A DNA stretch of 36,330 nt from a virus (IMGVR_UViG_3300022742_000101:1-36330); one strand, 5' to 3'. Positions 9,545-18,132 are shown, numbered from the stretch's first letter. A program made the numbers and translations. The notes: generated from the letters alone by a model not told the origin.

Positions 9545-10038
9545 TTATTTCTTGAGCCTGCCGGTGCGCTTGCTGACGATGCGTTCGCGCTTGGTCTTGC
9601 CGGCAATCAGGTCCAGCCGCGTTTCAACTTCACGGCGGGTCATGCTACGGATTTCGTCTAGCCGGTAGCCGTGTCGGGCGAGGTGGTGCTCGATGCGGCG
9701 CCAGGCTTGCTGGCCGCGCTCTGCGGCTTCAGCTTTTTTTCCAGTTCAACGTCCGCATCAGCAATGACCGCCAGATCCGTTTCCAACAACTCGTCGCGCA
9801 GCAAGTCCGTTGTCAGATACTTCAGCTCGATGTCGCCCAGGCTGAGCAACTGGCGACGGTAGACTTCCAGGGTGATCAGTTGCATCGGCCCATCCGGATG
9901 GGCCTCCTGTGCCACGATCAGGTCGCCAGTCACCCCGGCCCGGAGTGTGAACTGCTTGTGCCGCACGCCGCCGAAGTAGACGCCAACCGGCAGCTCGCGT
10001 GTGATCGTCAGGCCGTCCCAACGCTTGTCTTCGCTCAT
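9545..10038 (-). CDS. Tail assembly chaperone GT-type product via -1 frameshift
   Basis: The -1 frame after the slippery site reads AEAAERGQQAWRRIEHHLARHGYRLDEIRSMTRREVETRLDLIAG..KK to TAA at 9547-9545. Confidence 0.8.
9658..10038 (-). CDS. Tail assembly chaperone (G-type)
   Basis: Lies between tube and tape measure; contains an in-frame slippery A AAA AAG at 9739-9733. Confidence 0.85.
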   Translation of the reverse strand: MSEDKRWDGLTITRELPVGVYFGGVRHKQFTLRAGVTGDLIVAQEAHPDGPMQLITLEVYRRQLLSLGDIELKYLTTDLLRDELLETDLAVIADADVELEKKLKPQSAASKPGAASSTTSPDTATG

Positions 10039-10041
10039 GGC

Positions 10042-10413
10042 TTATTCCGTGTAGTAGTTCAGGGCAACAACGGTCAGGTCGCGGGTGGCTTCGTTGTCGA
10101 CTGCGTACTTGCTGCCGACTTCGATCAGGCTGCAGCCGGTGTAGGTCTCGCGTTTTCCGCCGCCGTCTTGGGGGAAGATGGTGATCTTCGCGTCCATCAG
10201 CGCCCGCCAGTCCGGCTCTCCGGTTTTCGGGATTGCGACCGAGATTTTCAGGTCGTACTCTTCGATGCCCTTGGACGTGCCAGTCGGACGACCGGAACGG
10301 TTCATGGTCTTGACCACTTTGCGGCCGGTCTTGATCGACGGCTCAACGCTGGTCACTTCGTATTCGCTCCCGTTGATTTCGAGAACGATCATTCCGACGA
10401 ATTTGTCAGACAT
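10042..10413 (-). CDS. Tail tube protein
   Basis: 123-aa beta-rich protein directly after the sheath gene. Confidence 0.8.
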   Translation of the reverse strand: MSDKFVGMIVLEINGSEYEVTSVEPSIKTGRKVVKTMNRSGRPTGTSKGIEEYDLKISVAIPKTGEPDWRALMDAKITIFPQDGGGKRETYTGCSLIEVGSKYAVDNEATRDLTVVALNYYTE

Positions 10414-10424
10414 GGGATTGGCTC

Positions 10425-11522
10425 CTACAGCAGCAGATCGATGCGGCCTGCGAACACATGCAGACCGTTGACGATGTCAGTTGGAATGGCGGCATTGAGT
10501 CGGTTCACGTCCTGGCCCGAGCGCTCGACGATCAGACCTGCGGCGTTGTCGTCGACGTTCTCCAGAATTTCCAGCTCTTCGCACTTCTTGAGCACGTCCA
10601 GCAGCTCGCCTCGCACTGCGTCCGGGGTCTTGCTGCTCAGCTTCGAGCGCGGGAAGCGCAGGCGAATGCGGTCGCGGCATGCCTGGCGGACGTAGTACAG
10701 GGTGCGGATCGAGGTCAGGTCGAGCAGCGAGACATCAGTCGCCCCGGCAGCGCTTTTGGTGTAGGTGCTGACCGCACGGACGATCTGCACCACATTGCCG
10801 GCAGCAACCTCCAGAGGGGTGACGCCGTTCGCCAGGCAGGTTTCCTGTTCGACCCGACCCAACCGACTGGCGATGGGGGGAACGCCGATCCCGGCCAGCG
10901 CGAGGGTGTTCAGTGGCCGCGCCGGATCTTCCTCAGACGCGATTACTGCGGCATAGGCCGCAGCGACCTGGCGGGCGCTTGACGGAGTACCAGGAAGCAA
11001 GGCGAGCGTGATCGCTCCACCATTCAAGCTGGCCGCCAGTGCAGTAGCGGCAGACAGGGTGCTGGTGACAGCACAGACACCGAGGATCGACTGCTGCTCG
11101 ATGGAGCTGGTCCAGGTTGCGATATGGGTCCGCAGTGCGGTCATGGCGACCTGGCTGAACCAGGCGGGGACCACGATGGTGAATCCGCCCTGGGCAGTGG
11201 AGGCCAAGGCCTCGGCGATGTCCGGCTCAGCTTCGCCAGCTACCGTCACGCCGACACACGAAATCGCCACGTATCGATATGCAGCGATGGCCGCAGCAAC
11301 CATTTCCTCGGCCACGGCACCGAACGCGGCCTTGGCTTCGGCGGCGCTGTAGACCTGCTGGGGCAGATTCGCATCGGCAGTTGCACCCTCTCCGAGCGGA
11401 ACGACCAGGCAGACGTGTTGAGCGTTGGTCGGCAGGTTGCGCACCGCAAGGCTGGTGTTGAACTCCATGTACACACCAGGCTTGCGGATGCTCGCCGGGA
11501 TGGTGTCAAAGGCAATGGTCAT
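10425..11522 (-). CDS. Tail sheath protein (Mu L-like, short form)
   Basis: IPASIRKPGVYMEFNTSLA, DPARPL, NGVTPL and C-terminal VNGLHVFAGRIDL. Confidence 0.92.
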   Translation of the reverse strand: MTIAFDTIPASIRKPGVYMEFNTSLAVRNLPTNAQHVCLVVPLGEGATADANLPQQVYSAAEAKAAFGAVAEEMVAAAIAAYRYVAISCVGVTVAGEAEPDIAEALASTAQGGFTIVVPAWFSQVAMTALRTHIATWTSSIEQQSILGVCAVTSTLSAATALAASLNGGAITLALLPGTPSSARQVAAAYAAVIASEEDPARPLNTLALAGIGVPPIASRLGRVEQETCLANGVTPLEVAAGNVVQIVRAVSTYTKSAAGATDVSLLDLTSIRTLYYVRQACRDRIRLRFPRSKLSSKTPDAVRGELLDVLKKCEELEILENVDDNAAGLIVERSGQDVNRLNAAIPTDIVNGLHVFAGRIDLLL

Positions 11523-11728
11523 TGGCTGGCCTCTTCATTTTGAGCGGTCTGTTTGGCACCGCTCTTGGGTTTCACTCGTTCCAGCTCGCCAGCGGCGATC
11601 CGGCGCAGGTAGTAAGGGTGTTCTTCAACGTCCACCGGTTTGGCCGGGGACGGCTTGATGAACTCGTTGCCGTCCTTGGCAGTGCCCGGCAGGACCGGCA
11701 CAGGATGTTTGGTAGCGATCACCTGCAT
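11519..11728 (-). CDS. Mu gp38-like small protein (DUF2635-like)
   Basis: V...PYYLRRIAAGEL motif upstream of the sheath gene. Confidence 0.75.
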   Translation of the reverse strand: MQVIATKHPVPVLPGTAKDGNEFIKPSPAKPVDVEEHPYYLRRIAAGELERVKPKSGAKQTAQNEEASQ

Positions 11729-12304
11729 CTATTGCTCTCCCAGGTCGATTGAATCGGTGACGGTTGCGTCCGGGTTGCCTGCCGGTACGTGATAAGAGAT
11801 GTCGACGCCCTCCAGCCATGGCAGCTCGCCTTCTGGAATCTCCCAGTCCGTCTCAACTGCGAAGGACTGGCCGAGCACCGAGAGATGACTGCCCTGGTAC
11901 TTGCCGTTCACAAGGTTGGTGAACTCGGTCGGTTTCACCAGAGCGCCACCCGGCTTGTGCGGCCAGTTGGCCAGCAGTCGCAGGCAGCTTTCCCAGATCC
12001 AATAGCTGCCCGGGTCGCTGGCAACTGATCCGGAGCCACGTCGAGTTTCGCGCTCACCCCGCACCGAGGTGCTGGAGATGACCAGGCGGAAAACAACAGT
12101 GGCCAGGTAACGGCGGTTCGACTTCGGCTTGAATGCAATCTTTGGTGTCGTGATCAAGACGCTGGGCGAGTTCTTCAGCATCTCAACAAGCAGGTCGTCG
12201 TCACTGAGTTCGCCGCCGTAGTCCCCTACATTCAAGCGGCGCACCTGGCTCTTCAGGTCGCCCAGCCTGGCCTTGATGGCGTCTTCCAGTTCGCCAATCA
12301 TCAC
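11729..12304 (-). CDS. Mu gp37-like tail completion protein (DUF1834)
   Basis: IGELEDAIKARL..YGGEL motif; synteny. Confidence 0.8.
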   Translation of the reverse strand: MMIGELEDAIKARLGDLKSQVRRLNVGDYGGELSDDDLLVEMLKNSPSVLITTPKIAFKPKSNRRYLATVVFRLVISSTSVRGERETRRGSGSVASDPGSYWIWESCLRLLANWPHKPGGALVKPTEFTNLVNGKYQGSHLSVLGQSFAVETDWEIPEGELPWLEGVDISYHVPAGNPDATVTDSIDLGEQ

Positions 12305-12792
12305 AGCCCCCGCAATGTGGTTCGGCCGAACATCCGAGGCTGGTTGCTCACCTGAAAACCTGACTGACCAGACTCCGCAGCCCCACCTTGTTTGTCCTCA
12401 TCAGCCAGCTTTTCCAGCCGCTTGATGATGTCTCGGTAGCGCAGGCGCACGGCGGACTCGGCGTTGGCCTTCTCGCCGTACAGGTGGAAGCGGGTCAGCT
12501 CGGGGATGTCGTCGGCGACCCAGTCCGGAGCGTCCTGCCCTGGCTGGCGAAAGCGCAGGTAATACTGGATCTCGCTGCGAGCCCGCGTGGCCGCATCAGC
12601 GATGCGAGCCAATGCCGCGACGGCGGACGACACATCCTCGGCGTCCCAGTCGTCCAGCGAATCCCCCTTGGCAGCAGCCTCCATCAGCTCGCCAGAGATA
12701 GGCCGGTTGATCTCGGGGACCGCGAGGTCCGCGATTTCTTTGGCACCAAACCGGGTGATCAGGGAAATTGCGCTCGGCAGCGAGAGATTCAT
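12301..12792 (-). CDS. Mu gp36-like head-tail connector (DUF1320)
   Basis: LITRFGAKEIADL, SEIQYYLRFR and VRLRYRDIIKRLE motifs; synteny. Confidence 0.8.
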   Translation of the reverse strand: MNLSLPSAISLITRFGAKEIADLAVPEINRPISGELMEAAAKGDSLDDWDAEDVSSAVAALARIADAATRARSEIQYYLRFRQPGQDAPDWVADDIPELTRFHLYGEKANAESAVRLRYRDIIKRLEKLADEDKQGGAAESGQSGFQVSNQPRMFGRTTLRGL

Positions 12793-13385
12793 TCGCCGTT
12801 ACCCTTCTTGTCACCGGCTCCGCGCTTACCCGCCGGCTTGTCCGCTTTCACGGTCGCGTCAGCACCAGGTGCCGCAGATACTGGCGGAACCGCCTCCGAA
12901 GGCGGCGGCGCTTCAGGACCGCCGGAATTGTCGAGCGTCGTACTTCCATCGGTATGCGCCTCCGGTTTGGTCAGGGACTGGCGGATGATCGCGGCCAGGT
13001 CGTCTTCCTTGATGCAAATCACGCCTTGCGCCGCAGCGTCCGCTGGCTCCAGGACACGCACAGCGTCGAGGATCAGGACGGGCGCTTGCTTCTGGCGCTC
13101 CAGAGCGTCGATCAGATCTCGCGATGCCGAACGCAACCCGTTACGGGCCTGCTCCAGCGAGTGCTCCAGATTGGCGACGGTGTCGCCCAGTTCCTGGACC
13201 AGCTCGCTTTGGTCAGTGGAAACGGCGCTTTCGGCCTGTTCAGTAACCAGCAGTTGCGGTTCACGCTTGAGCTGATCCAGTTCGGCGTCGGTAAAGAAGC
13301 CATCGGGGTGATAGGTGCCGTGGGAGCGGTGCACGACGCCACAGCGACGGAAGCCATCCACTTTGGCCTTGATCAGTACGCCCAT
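12789..13385 (-). CDS. Mu gp35/HI1506-like protein with coiled-coil extension
   Basis: GFRRCGVVH..FTDAELDQLKREPQL N-terminal motif. Confidence 0.7.
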   Translation of the reverse strand: MGVLIKAKVDGFRRCGVVHRSHGTYHPDGFFTDAELDQLKREPQLLVTEQAESAVSTDQSELVQELGDTVANLEHSLEQARNGLRSASRDLIDALERQKQAPVLILDAVRVLEPADAAAQGVICIKEDDLAAIIRQSLTKPEAHTDGSTTLDNSGGPEAPPPSEAVPPVSAAPGADATVKADKPAGKRGAGDKKGNGE

Positions 13386-13387
13386 GG

Positions 13388-14296
13388 TTATGCCCCCGTA
13401 CCGGTGGAGCCGAAAGCCAGCTGCCAGAAGCCGTACCCGCCGGCCGCGCGAGCCTCGGCGCCGAACTTGTACTTCTTGCGGCTGAAGACACCTTCGGCCT
13501 CGGGGTCGGTTTGCTGGACGAAGACCGGGGCTTTACGTTCCTGATAGATGAACGGGAGTACCGGCTTGCTGGTATCCAGCAGGAACCAGGCAGTGCGCGA
13601 GATCAGGCGAGGTTCGACGACGACCTCAGCAGCGCCCTTGTAGGGGTTCGCCTGGCCGTCTTCCAGCTTCTCCGATGTCATCATTCGACGCGCGGTGTCG
13701 CGCAGTGCCGGCGGCACCAGAAGCACGTTGGGCATGACGCTGATGGGGCGTCCGTCTTCGTCCTTGAATTCCTGCATGATGGTGCATGCGGCCCCGAAGC
13801 TTTGCTCCGCATGAGCCAGCGTTGCAACGGACAAGGGCATGGTGCCCATGTTGCTCACACTGCTGCCGGCAACCGGATGGTCGGTGTCGAAGAAGTATTG
13901 ACCGTCGTAGCACTGAGTCGTGAAGGCGCTATTCACCAGCTCGTAGACGATCTCATCAGGCAACTGCTTGGCCGAGTGCCCGGCCATCTTGGCTTGAGGC
14001 TCATAGATACCCAGCTGGTCGTCTTCGATATGGTTGCGGTCGACTTCAACCGTGGCTTCAAAGTCTTCGTTGACCACCGAGTAGGTGTAAGCCTGGAGGT
14101 TCTTGACGTGCTTGGCGCCGACCCAGCGGCGCATCCGTGGGAATGCCGACAGCCAGGCATAGAGGTTGCTGCCGGTGCTGGACGGCACCTTCATAGCGAT
14201 CTTCTGCCAGGTGCTCGGCGCTGCCGCGAAAGCATTGTTGAACAGCGTTTTCATGGCGACGAATGCCGCCTGGATGGATCCTTTGTTTACCAGCAT
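13388..14296 (-). CDS. Major capsid protein, Mu T-like
   Basis: VPSSTGSNLYAWL, IEDDQLGIY, CYDGQYFFDTDHPV and GYGFWQLAFGS. Confidence 0.95.
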   Translation of the reverse strand: MLVNKGSIQAAFVAMKTLFNNAFAAAPSTWQKIAMKVPSSTGSNLYAWLSAFPRMRRWVGAKHVKNLQAYTYSVVNEDFEATVEVDRNHIEDDQLGIYEPQAKMAGHSAKQLPDEIVYELVNSAFTTQCYDGQYFFDTDHPVAGSSVSNMGTMPLSVATLAHAEQSFGAACTIMQEFKDEDGRPISVMPNVLLVPPALRDTARRMMTSEKLEDGQANPYKGAAEVVVEPRLISRTAWFLLDTSKPVLPFIYQERKAPVFVQQTDPEAEGVFSRKKYKFGAEARAAGGYGFWQLAFGSTGTGA

Positions 14297-14322
14297 GCGC
14301 AGTGCGCTCCTATATAGAGGGG

Positions 14323-14718
14323 TTACTCGACCCAGACGCCGTCGGAATCGATGCCGACGATCAGGCCGGACGCAGAGCGCGTCCCGCCGCCGTCAGTAGC
14401 GCTGACCGTGGCGTCATCCACGACGTAGGCCCGTTTCAGCAGGTGCGCTTTGGTGACGGACCCGTCGTTGTTCCACTTGAAGGCGTTGCCACGGCTGATC
14501 TCGACGGTTTTCGCACCGTCGATGCCTGCGGCGTTGTCGACCGATTCCTCGGCCCGTCCTGCATAGGTCAACCCAGTCGCGGTTTTGCCGGGGATGGCGA
14601 AGCCAGTCGCGGACAGAACGACCTGGGCACCGGCGAAAATGCGCACGCCGGCACCGACGCCGATAACCAGGACGTTCGCTTGTTGCTGGGGGGTGTTGTG
14701 ATCAGCGGCCAAAGCCAT
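14323..14718 (-). CDS. Putative head decoration / capsid cement protein
   Basis: 131 aa, Gly/Ala/Val-rich, VDNAAG.DG and YVVDDATV motifs, between I and T. Confidence 0.65.
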   Translation of the reverse strand: MALAADHNTPQQQANVLVIGVGAGVRIFAGAQVVLSATGFAIPGKTATGLTYAGRAEESVDNAAGIDGAKTVEISRGNAFKWNNDGSVTKAHLLKRAYVVDDATVSATDGGGTRSASGLIVGIDSDGVWVE

Positions 14719-14720
14719 GG

Positions 14721-15221
14721 TCAGCCCTCGCTTTTCAGGGTTTTGGCGAACTCCACCGGATCGAGACCGAACTGATCGCAGACAGCCTGCTGCTCGGCAT
14801 TCAGGGCGGTGGAAGTGCCGTCGGGTTTGCGGTCGCCCAGGCCGGATGGATCAGCAACGGCTGGAGCGGCTTTGACGTACTCGCGGAAGCGGTCCAGGCC
14901 GGACTGCTCGGAACATGCGGCGCGGTGGTAGTCGGCTGTGGCTGGCGTGATCTTGCCGGCCTTGAGTGCTGCGTCGATTTCGCTATCGACCACTTTCTTG
15001 TGTTCGGCGTCCTTCTGCGCAGCCAAGGCCTGTTCGGCATTGGTTGCACGGGATACGGCATTGTCGTAGTCGCCGCGAGGGACGAACTTGTCCAGACTCG
15101 GCTGTTCGTTATTGCGGGCCGTGGCGGTGGCCTTCAGTTGAGTGACGGCGGCGACGGCTTGGTCATCAGTGGCGGTTGCGTCCAGACCGAGCAATGCCGC
15201 AAGTGCGAGTGGGATAGCCAC
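14721..15221 (-). CDS. Putative scaffold protein Z from an in-frame internal start in I
   Basis: AGGAG SD at 15235-15231, then an in-frame GTG at 15221 just after the protease domain. Mu I/Z has this arrangement. Confidence 0.65.
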   Translation of the reverse strand: MAIPLALAALLGLDATATDDQAVAAVTQLKATATARNNEQPSLDKFVPRGDYDNAVSRATNAEQALAAQKDAEHKKVVDSEIDAALKAGKITPATADYHRAACSEQSGLDRFREYVKAAPAVADPSGLGDRKPDGTSTALNAEQQAVCDQFGLDPVEFAKTLKSEG

Positions 15222-15701
15222 TTTGTGAGTCTCCTGCTGTTCATGATTCAGGGCGGTTAAAACGAGGTTCGGCTTGTTGGTCAGGCCGGCGCTGACCAGG
15301 CGAAGGATTCGCCGGTCGGTGTCGTCGTAGTCGAAGACGGGGGAAATGAAGCGGTACTCACGGGCGACGACTTGAGCATCAGCCCGAGGCGTCCAGGACA
15401 CATGGCCCCACAGCGCGTCGGCGCGGATCTCCAGCTTGTCGATCCAGGCGGCAGCCGGCGCTGGATAGCCTTTGGGGGCAGCCACTTCGGTGGCGTGCTC
15501 CCAGTCGATGACCACATCAATGGCGCGATCAGTGAACGCGGTCAGCACCAGTTGCCGACCCAGTTCATCGAACAGCCAGGTACGCCTGTCCCGCCCCTCG
15601 ATAATCGGGCCGGCGGGAATCAGTTCGACCCAGTCGGGCGCCTTGCCGTCGATCAATGGCAGCGCGTAGAGGTCGGTGTTCAGTGCGAGAAGTGTTTTCA
15701 T
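14721..15701 (-). CDS. Prohead protease I (Mu I-like)
   Basis: VIDWEHAT, PAAAWI, EYRFISPVF and AGLTNKPNL motifs. Confidence 0.93.
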   Translation of the reverse strand: MKTLLALNTDLYALPLIDGKAPDWVELIPAGPIIEGRDRRTWLFDELGRQLVLTAFTDRAIDVVIDWEHATEVAAPKGYPAPAAAWIDKLEIRADALWGHVSWTPRADAQVVAREYRFISPVFDYDDTDRRILRLVSAGLTNKPNLVLTALNHEQQETHKVAIPLALAALLGLDATATDDQAVAAVTQLKATATARNNEQPSLDKFVPRGDYDNAVSRATNAEQALAAQKDAEHKKVVDSEIDAALKAGKITPATADYHRAACSEQSGLDRFREYVKAAPAVADPSGLGDRKPDGTSTALNAEQQAVCDQFGLDPVEFAKTLKSEG

Positions 15702-15707
15702 GCCGCC

Positions 15708-15755
15708 AGTGTCAGCGGCGGCGCGGGGAAAGTGTTTTTAAGCTCGGCGCAAGAA
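15708..15755 (-). promoter_or_regulatory. Putative late promoter P-I, leaderless
   Basis: TTCTTGC-GCCG-AGCTTAA, 24 nt, GACACT, 6 nt, ATG; no SD. Confidence 0.7.
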
Positions 15756-15859
15756 AATGGCCGATTGTGGGGGGACGGGCATCCGGCGGAATGCTACCCG
15801 AGATCGATGAGCGAACTGGGTGAGACTCCTCGTTTCTGGTCAAACTTAGAAACTGGTCG

Positions 15860-15990
15860 GCATCCACGGGGTGTAAATGGGGCAGGAACAAAATCTAACG
15901 CTGGTCTAACGCTGCTCTAAACGAACTTCCGCCCGGATGTACCGGCTAACGCCTCTACAGGGCCCACAGAGGCGCGCTGCTGGCAATGCT
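15860..15990. other. Candidate strong gyrase site (SGS-like)
   Basis: G-I intergenic region, where the Mu SGS lies. 11-bp phased repeats TCTAACGCTGG/TCTAACGCTGC/TCTAAACG at 15894-15923. Confidence 0.5.
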
Positions 15991-15993
15991 CAT

Positions 15994-16542
15994 TTACCCC
16001 TTGAGATAGGCTCCGACGATCTCCAGCAGCTCCGTTTCGTCCTCGGCGGAGAGCCCGAGATAAGGTCGAGCCGGCATCTCGACTGTTCGTGCGCCGTGGG
16101 ACACCCACTGCGAGAAGTTCGACTGGCGCTTTTTCACGAAGCGATTGCCCACCACGCCACCCTTTTCCTTGAAGTACACCTGCTGTGATCGAGCAGCGTG
16201 CTCGACCTTGCCCCCGAACTGATGGATCGCGCCGTAGGGTCGGTCAGTACCGAACTGCAATTCATCACCAGCAACCTGGTGCCGGAGCGTATCGAGCAGC
16301 GCCCCGGACTCGCGGAGTGTCTTGTTACCCTTCTTCCGCGCGAGCGTGCGCGGCGACAAGGGCGCCCAAGGCGAGCCATCCGGTCCGACCTGGTTCCTCG
16401 CCCGACTGTCAGTGGACTGGTGCAGGTACTCACCGATGTCCAGTAGCGGGGTGCGCATATCCCCCAGCCGTTCGGCCAATTTCTCCAGCGCCTGGCCGAC
16501 GCTCGACACGTCAAGCGTCACATCAAGGATTGCCCCGGCCAT
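15994..16542 (-). CDS. Virion morphogenesis protein, Mu G-like
   Basis: PDGSPWAPLS, YGAIHQFGG and MPARPYLGLS motifs. Confidence 0.93.
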   Translation of the reverse strand: MAGAILDVTLDVSSVGQALEKLAERLGDMRTPLLDIGEYLHQSTDSRARNQVGPDGSPWAPLSPRTLARKKGNKTLRESGALLDTLRHQVAGDELQFGTDRPYGAIHQFGGKVEHAARSQQVYFKEKGGVVGNRFVKKRQSNFSQWVSHGARTVEMPARPYLGLSAEDETELLEIVGAYLKG

Positions 16543-16559
16543 GGAATACCTCCTACTAT
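16530..16559 (+). promoter_or_regulatory. Putative sigma70 promoter for a small RNA
   Basis: TTGCCC (16530-35), 18 nt, TACTAT (16554-59). Confidence 0.55.
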
Positions 16560-16565
16560 CTATAG

Positions 16566-16647
16566 ACGTTCATTGGCTGAGCAGTCCCCGCCGGGACCTC
16601 CAAGCCTACAGCCAGAGCTAAAACCCGTGCGGCGGCGCGGGTTTTTT
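16566..16647 (+). ncRNA. Putative structured small RNA convergent with MuF-nuclease
   Basis: Stem TGGCTG/CAGCCA encloses hairpin GTCCC-CGCC-GGGAC. A terminator hairpin with loop GGCG, complementary to CGCC, follows, then a T run. Confidence 0.6.
16620..16647 (+). terminator. Intrinsic terminator (potentially bidirectional)
   Basis: AAAACCCGTGC-GGCG-GCGCGGGTTTTTT. Confidence 0.75.
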
Positions 16648-17926
16648 ATTGCCCGCTTTCCGGGCGGCGGTACAGCCGCACGCCGAGTCGCAGTTGCTCC
16701 AGGTACTCGGGGTTGTCAGCGTCCGGGGCAAAGGTGGTGATGCCATCCCAGCCATCTGGCCCGACTTCGAACACTGCCAGCGCCGCCACCGGCTCACCCT
16801 CGACCTGGAGCCGGCTTATATAGCGGCGACGCACCACGGCCTTGTTCTGCGCATACTGCCATTCCAGCCTGACCCAGACTTCGTCCGGTTCCTTCAGCGC
16901 GTCGGCGAGCAACAGCAGCTCGCGCGCATGGCCTCGCTTGCTGACTTTCAGTGCGCCGGTTTTGGCATTTGTGAACAGGTCACGACCGATCACCACGCCG
17001 TCGCCGACTTTGTCGCGGAACACGACAGGCTTGGCCTCGGTCGCCCCGAACTCGCCCAGGAACCGCCCGACATACTCTTCATCAGACAGTCCGGCCGGCA
17101 GCAGGCGGTCAGCCGCCGCAGGCCGTGGCGCCGGAAGCGGACCAGGCGGACGCCGGTTCGGTAGGCCTGCGCCTTGTACCGCGGTACGGCTGCCCGGCTC
17201 CGGAAGTGGGTCGTGGGCCCGCAGCGGCGGCACCGCCGACGTCAGGCGCGACTGACCAGGTGCGTACTCAAAGCCGGGATCGATGCCAACTGGAACGCGC
17301 ACGGTGCGCGGCCCGTTCGGGCTGTTCACACCAATGGTACGGTCTTCGTACTCGATCACGGGCGCCGGGCCAACCTTGAGGCCTTGGCGCTCAACGTCCC
17401 GCTCGCTGAGCATGAACTTTTTGCACTTGCAGCCCCATCCGTTTTGAGGTGTATGCGTGGACCACCAAGGGTCATCATGCGGCAACACGGTGCCGTCCCA
17501 TGCTTTGTGCTGCGGACGTGGATGTGCGCTATCGCCGTGACGGTACATTGCGTACGGTCTGGCTTTCCGCAGTTCGGGGTCAGCCATCTGCGCTTCACGG
17601 CCTGCGTTGTAAGACTGGCGCAGGTTTGTTTCGAAGATCGTCTGCGTCCGCCATGCCCGCCCGCCGTTGTACTGCCAGCCGTGCTGGCTGACGATCTTGT
17701 CGAAGTCTGTCCTGAATTGCTCAAGCGTCAGGCCCTTTGTGATCGCCTTTTCGACTGCGCCGCGCATGTCTGCCAACAGCTCGCGCTTAACGGTGCCGGC
17801 TACGACAAACGCCCAGTCATGCTCCGCCGCGTATATGTCGGTCCAGGCCCTGGTCGGCACGTTGGTCTTGCCTTTGAAGTAGTCGATCTGCTCCTTGAAC
17901 GGTAGGGAGCCATGCGATACAGACAT
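16646..17926 (-). CDS. MuF/gp30 minor head protein with C-terminal PBECR2-like nuclease domain
   Basis: MuF core (TIFETNLRQSYNAGR, RPQH.AWDG, PQNGWGCKC), Pro-rich linker, then a ~150-aa domain with KVSKRGH..LADALKEPDEVW..RRRYI..GITTF. Confidence 0.85.
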   Translation of the reverse strand: MSVSHGSLPFKEQIDYFKGKTNVPTRAWTDIYAAEHDWAFVVAGTVKRELLADMRGAVEKAITKGLTLEQFRTDFDKIVSQHGWQYNGGRAWRTQTIFETNLRQSYNAGREAQMADPELRKARPYAMYRHGDSAHPRPQHKAWDGTVLPHDDPWWSTHTPQNGWGCKCKKFMLSERDVERQGLKVGPAPVIEYEDRTIGVNSPNGPRTVRVPVGIDPGFEYAPGQSRLTSAVPPLRAHDPLPEPGSRTAVQGAGLPNRRPPGPLPAPRPAAADRLLPAGLSDEEYVGRFLGEFGATEAKPVVFRDKVGDGVVIGRDLFTNAKTGALKVSKRGHARELLLLADALKEPDEVWVRLEWQYAQNKAVVRRRYISRLQVEGEPVAALAVFEVGPDGWDGITTFAPDADNPEYLEQLRLGVRLYRRPESGQ

Positions 17927-18132
17927 TACACCCCCCGCCTGATGAACTCGGCGACTTCGATTGCTTCGGTGCGACTCAGCTCGATTTCGAGTGAGCTCTC
18001 TTCGGCCTGGATATAGAAAACAACAGCGCCGGGAGCCTGCTTACAGGTGATGGAAAAGGCCATTCCATCGGTGCTATAGAACGAGATCACCTTTTTCTTT
18101 GTCGTTGAGTTCTCGGTATCACCTCGCATCAC
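17926..18132 (-). CDS. Small hypothetical protein between portal and MuF
   Basis: 68 aa, overlapping both neighbours (ATGA and TAATG junctions). Confidence 0.65.
   Translation of the reverse strand: MMRGDTENSTTKKKVISFYSTDGMAFSITCKQAPGAVVFYIQAEESSLEIELSRTEAIEVAEFIRRGV

Noticed and set aside
15800-15856. Possible second hammerhead (CGATGAG...GAAAC)
   Set aside because: Lacks the CUGANGA core and consistent stems.
16574-16614. HDV-like ribozyme or tRNA reading of the small RNA
   Set aside because: The order of stems does not fit the HDV nested double pseudoknot, and there is no cloverleaf or T-loop.
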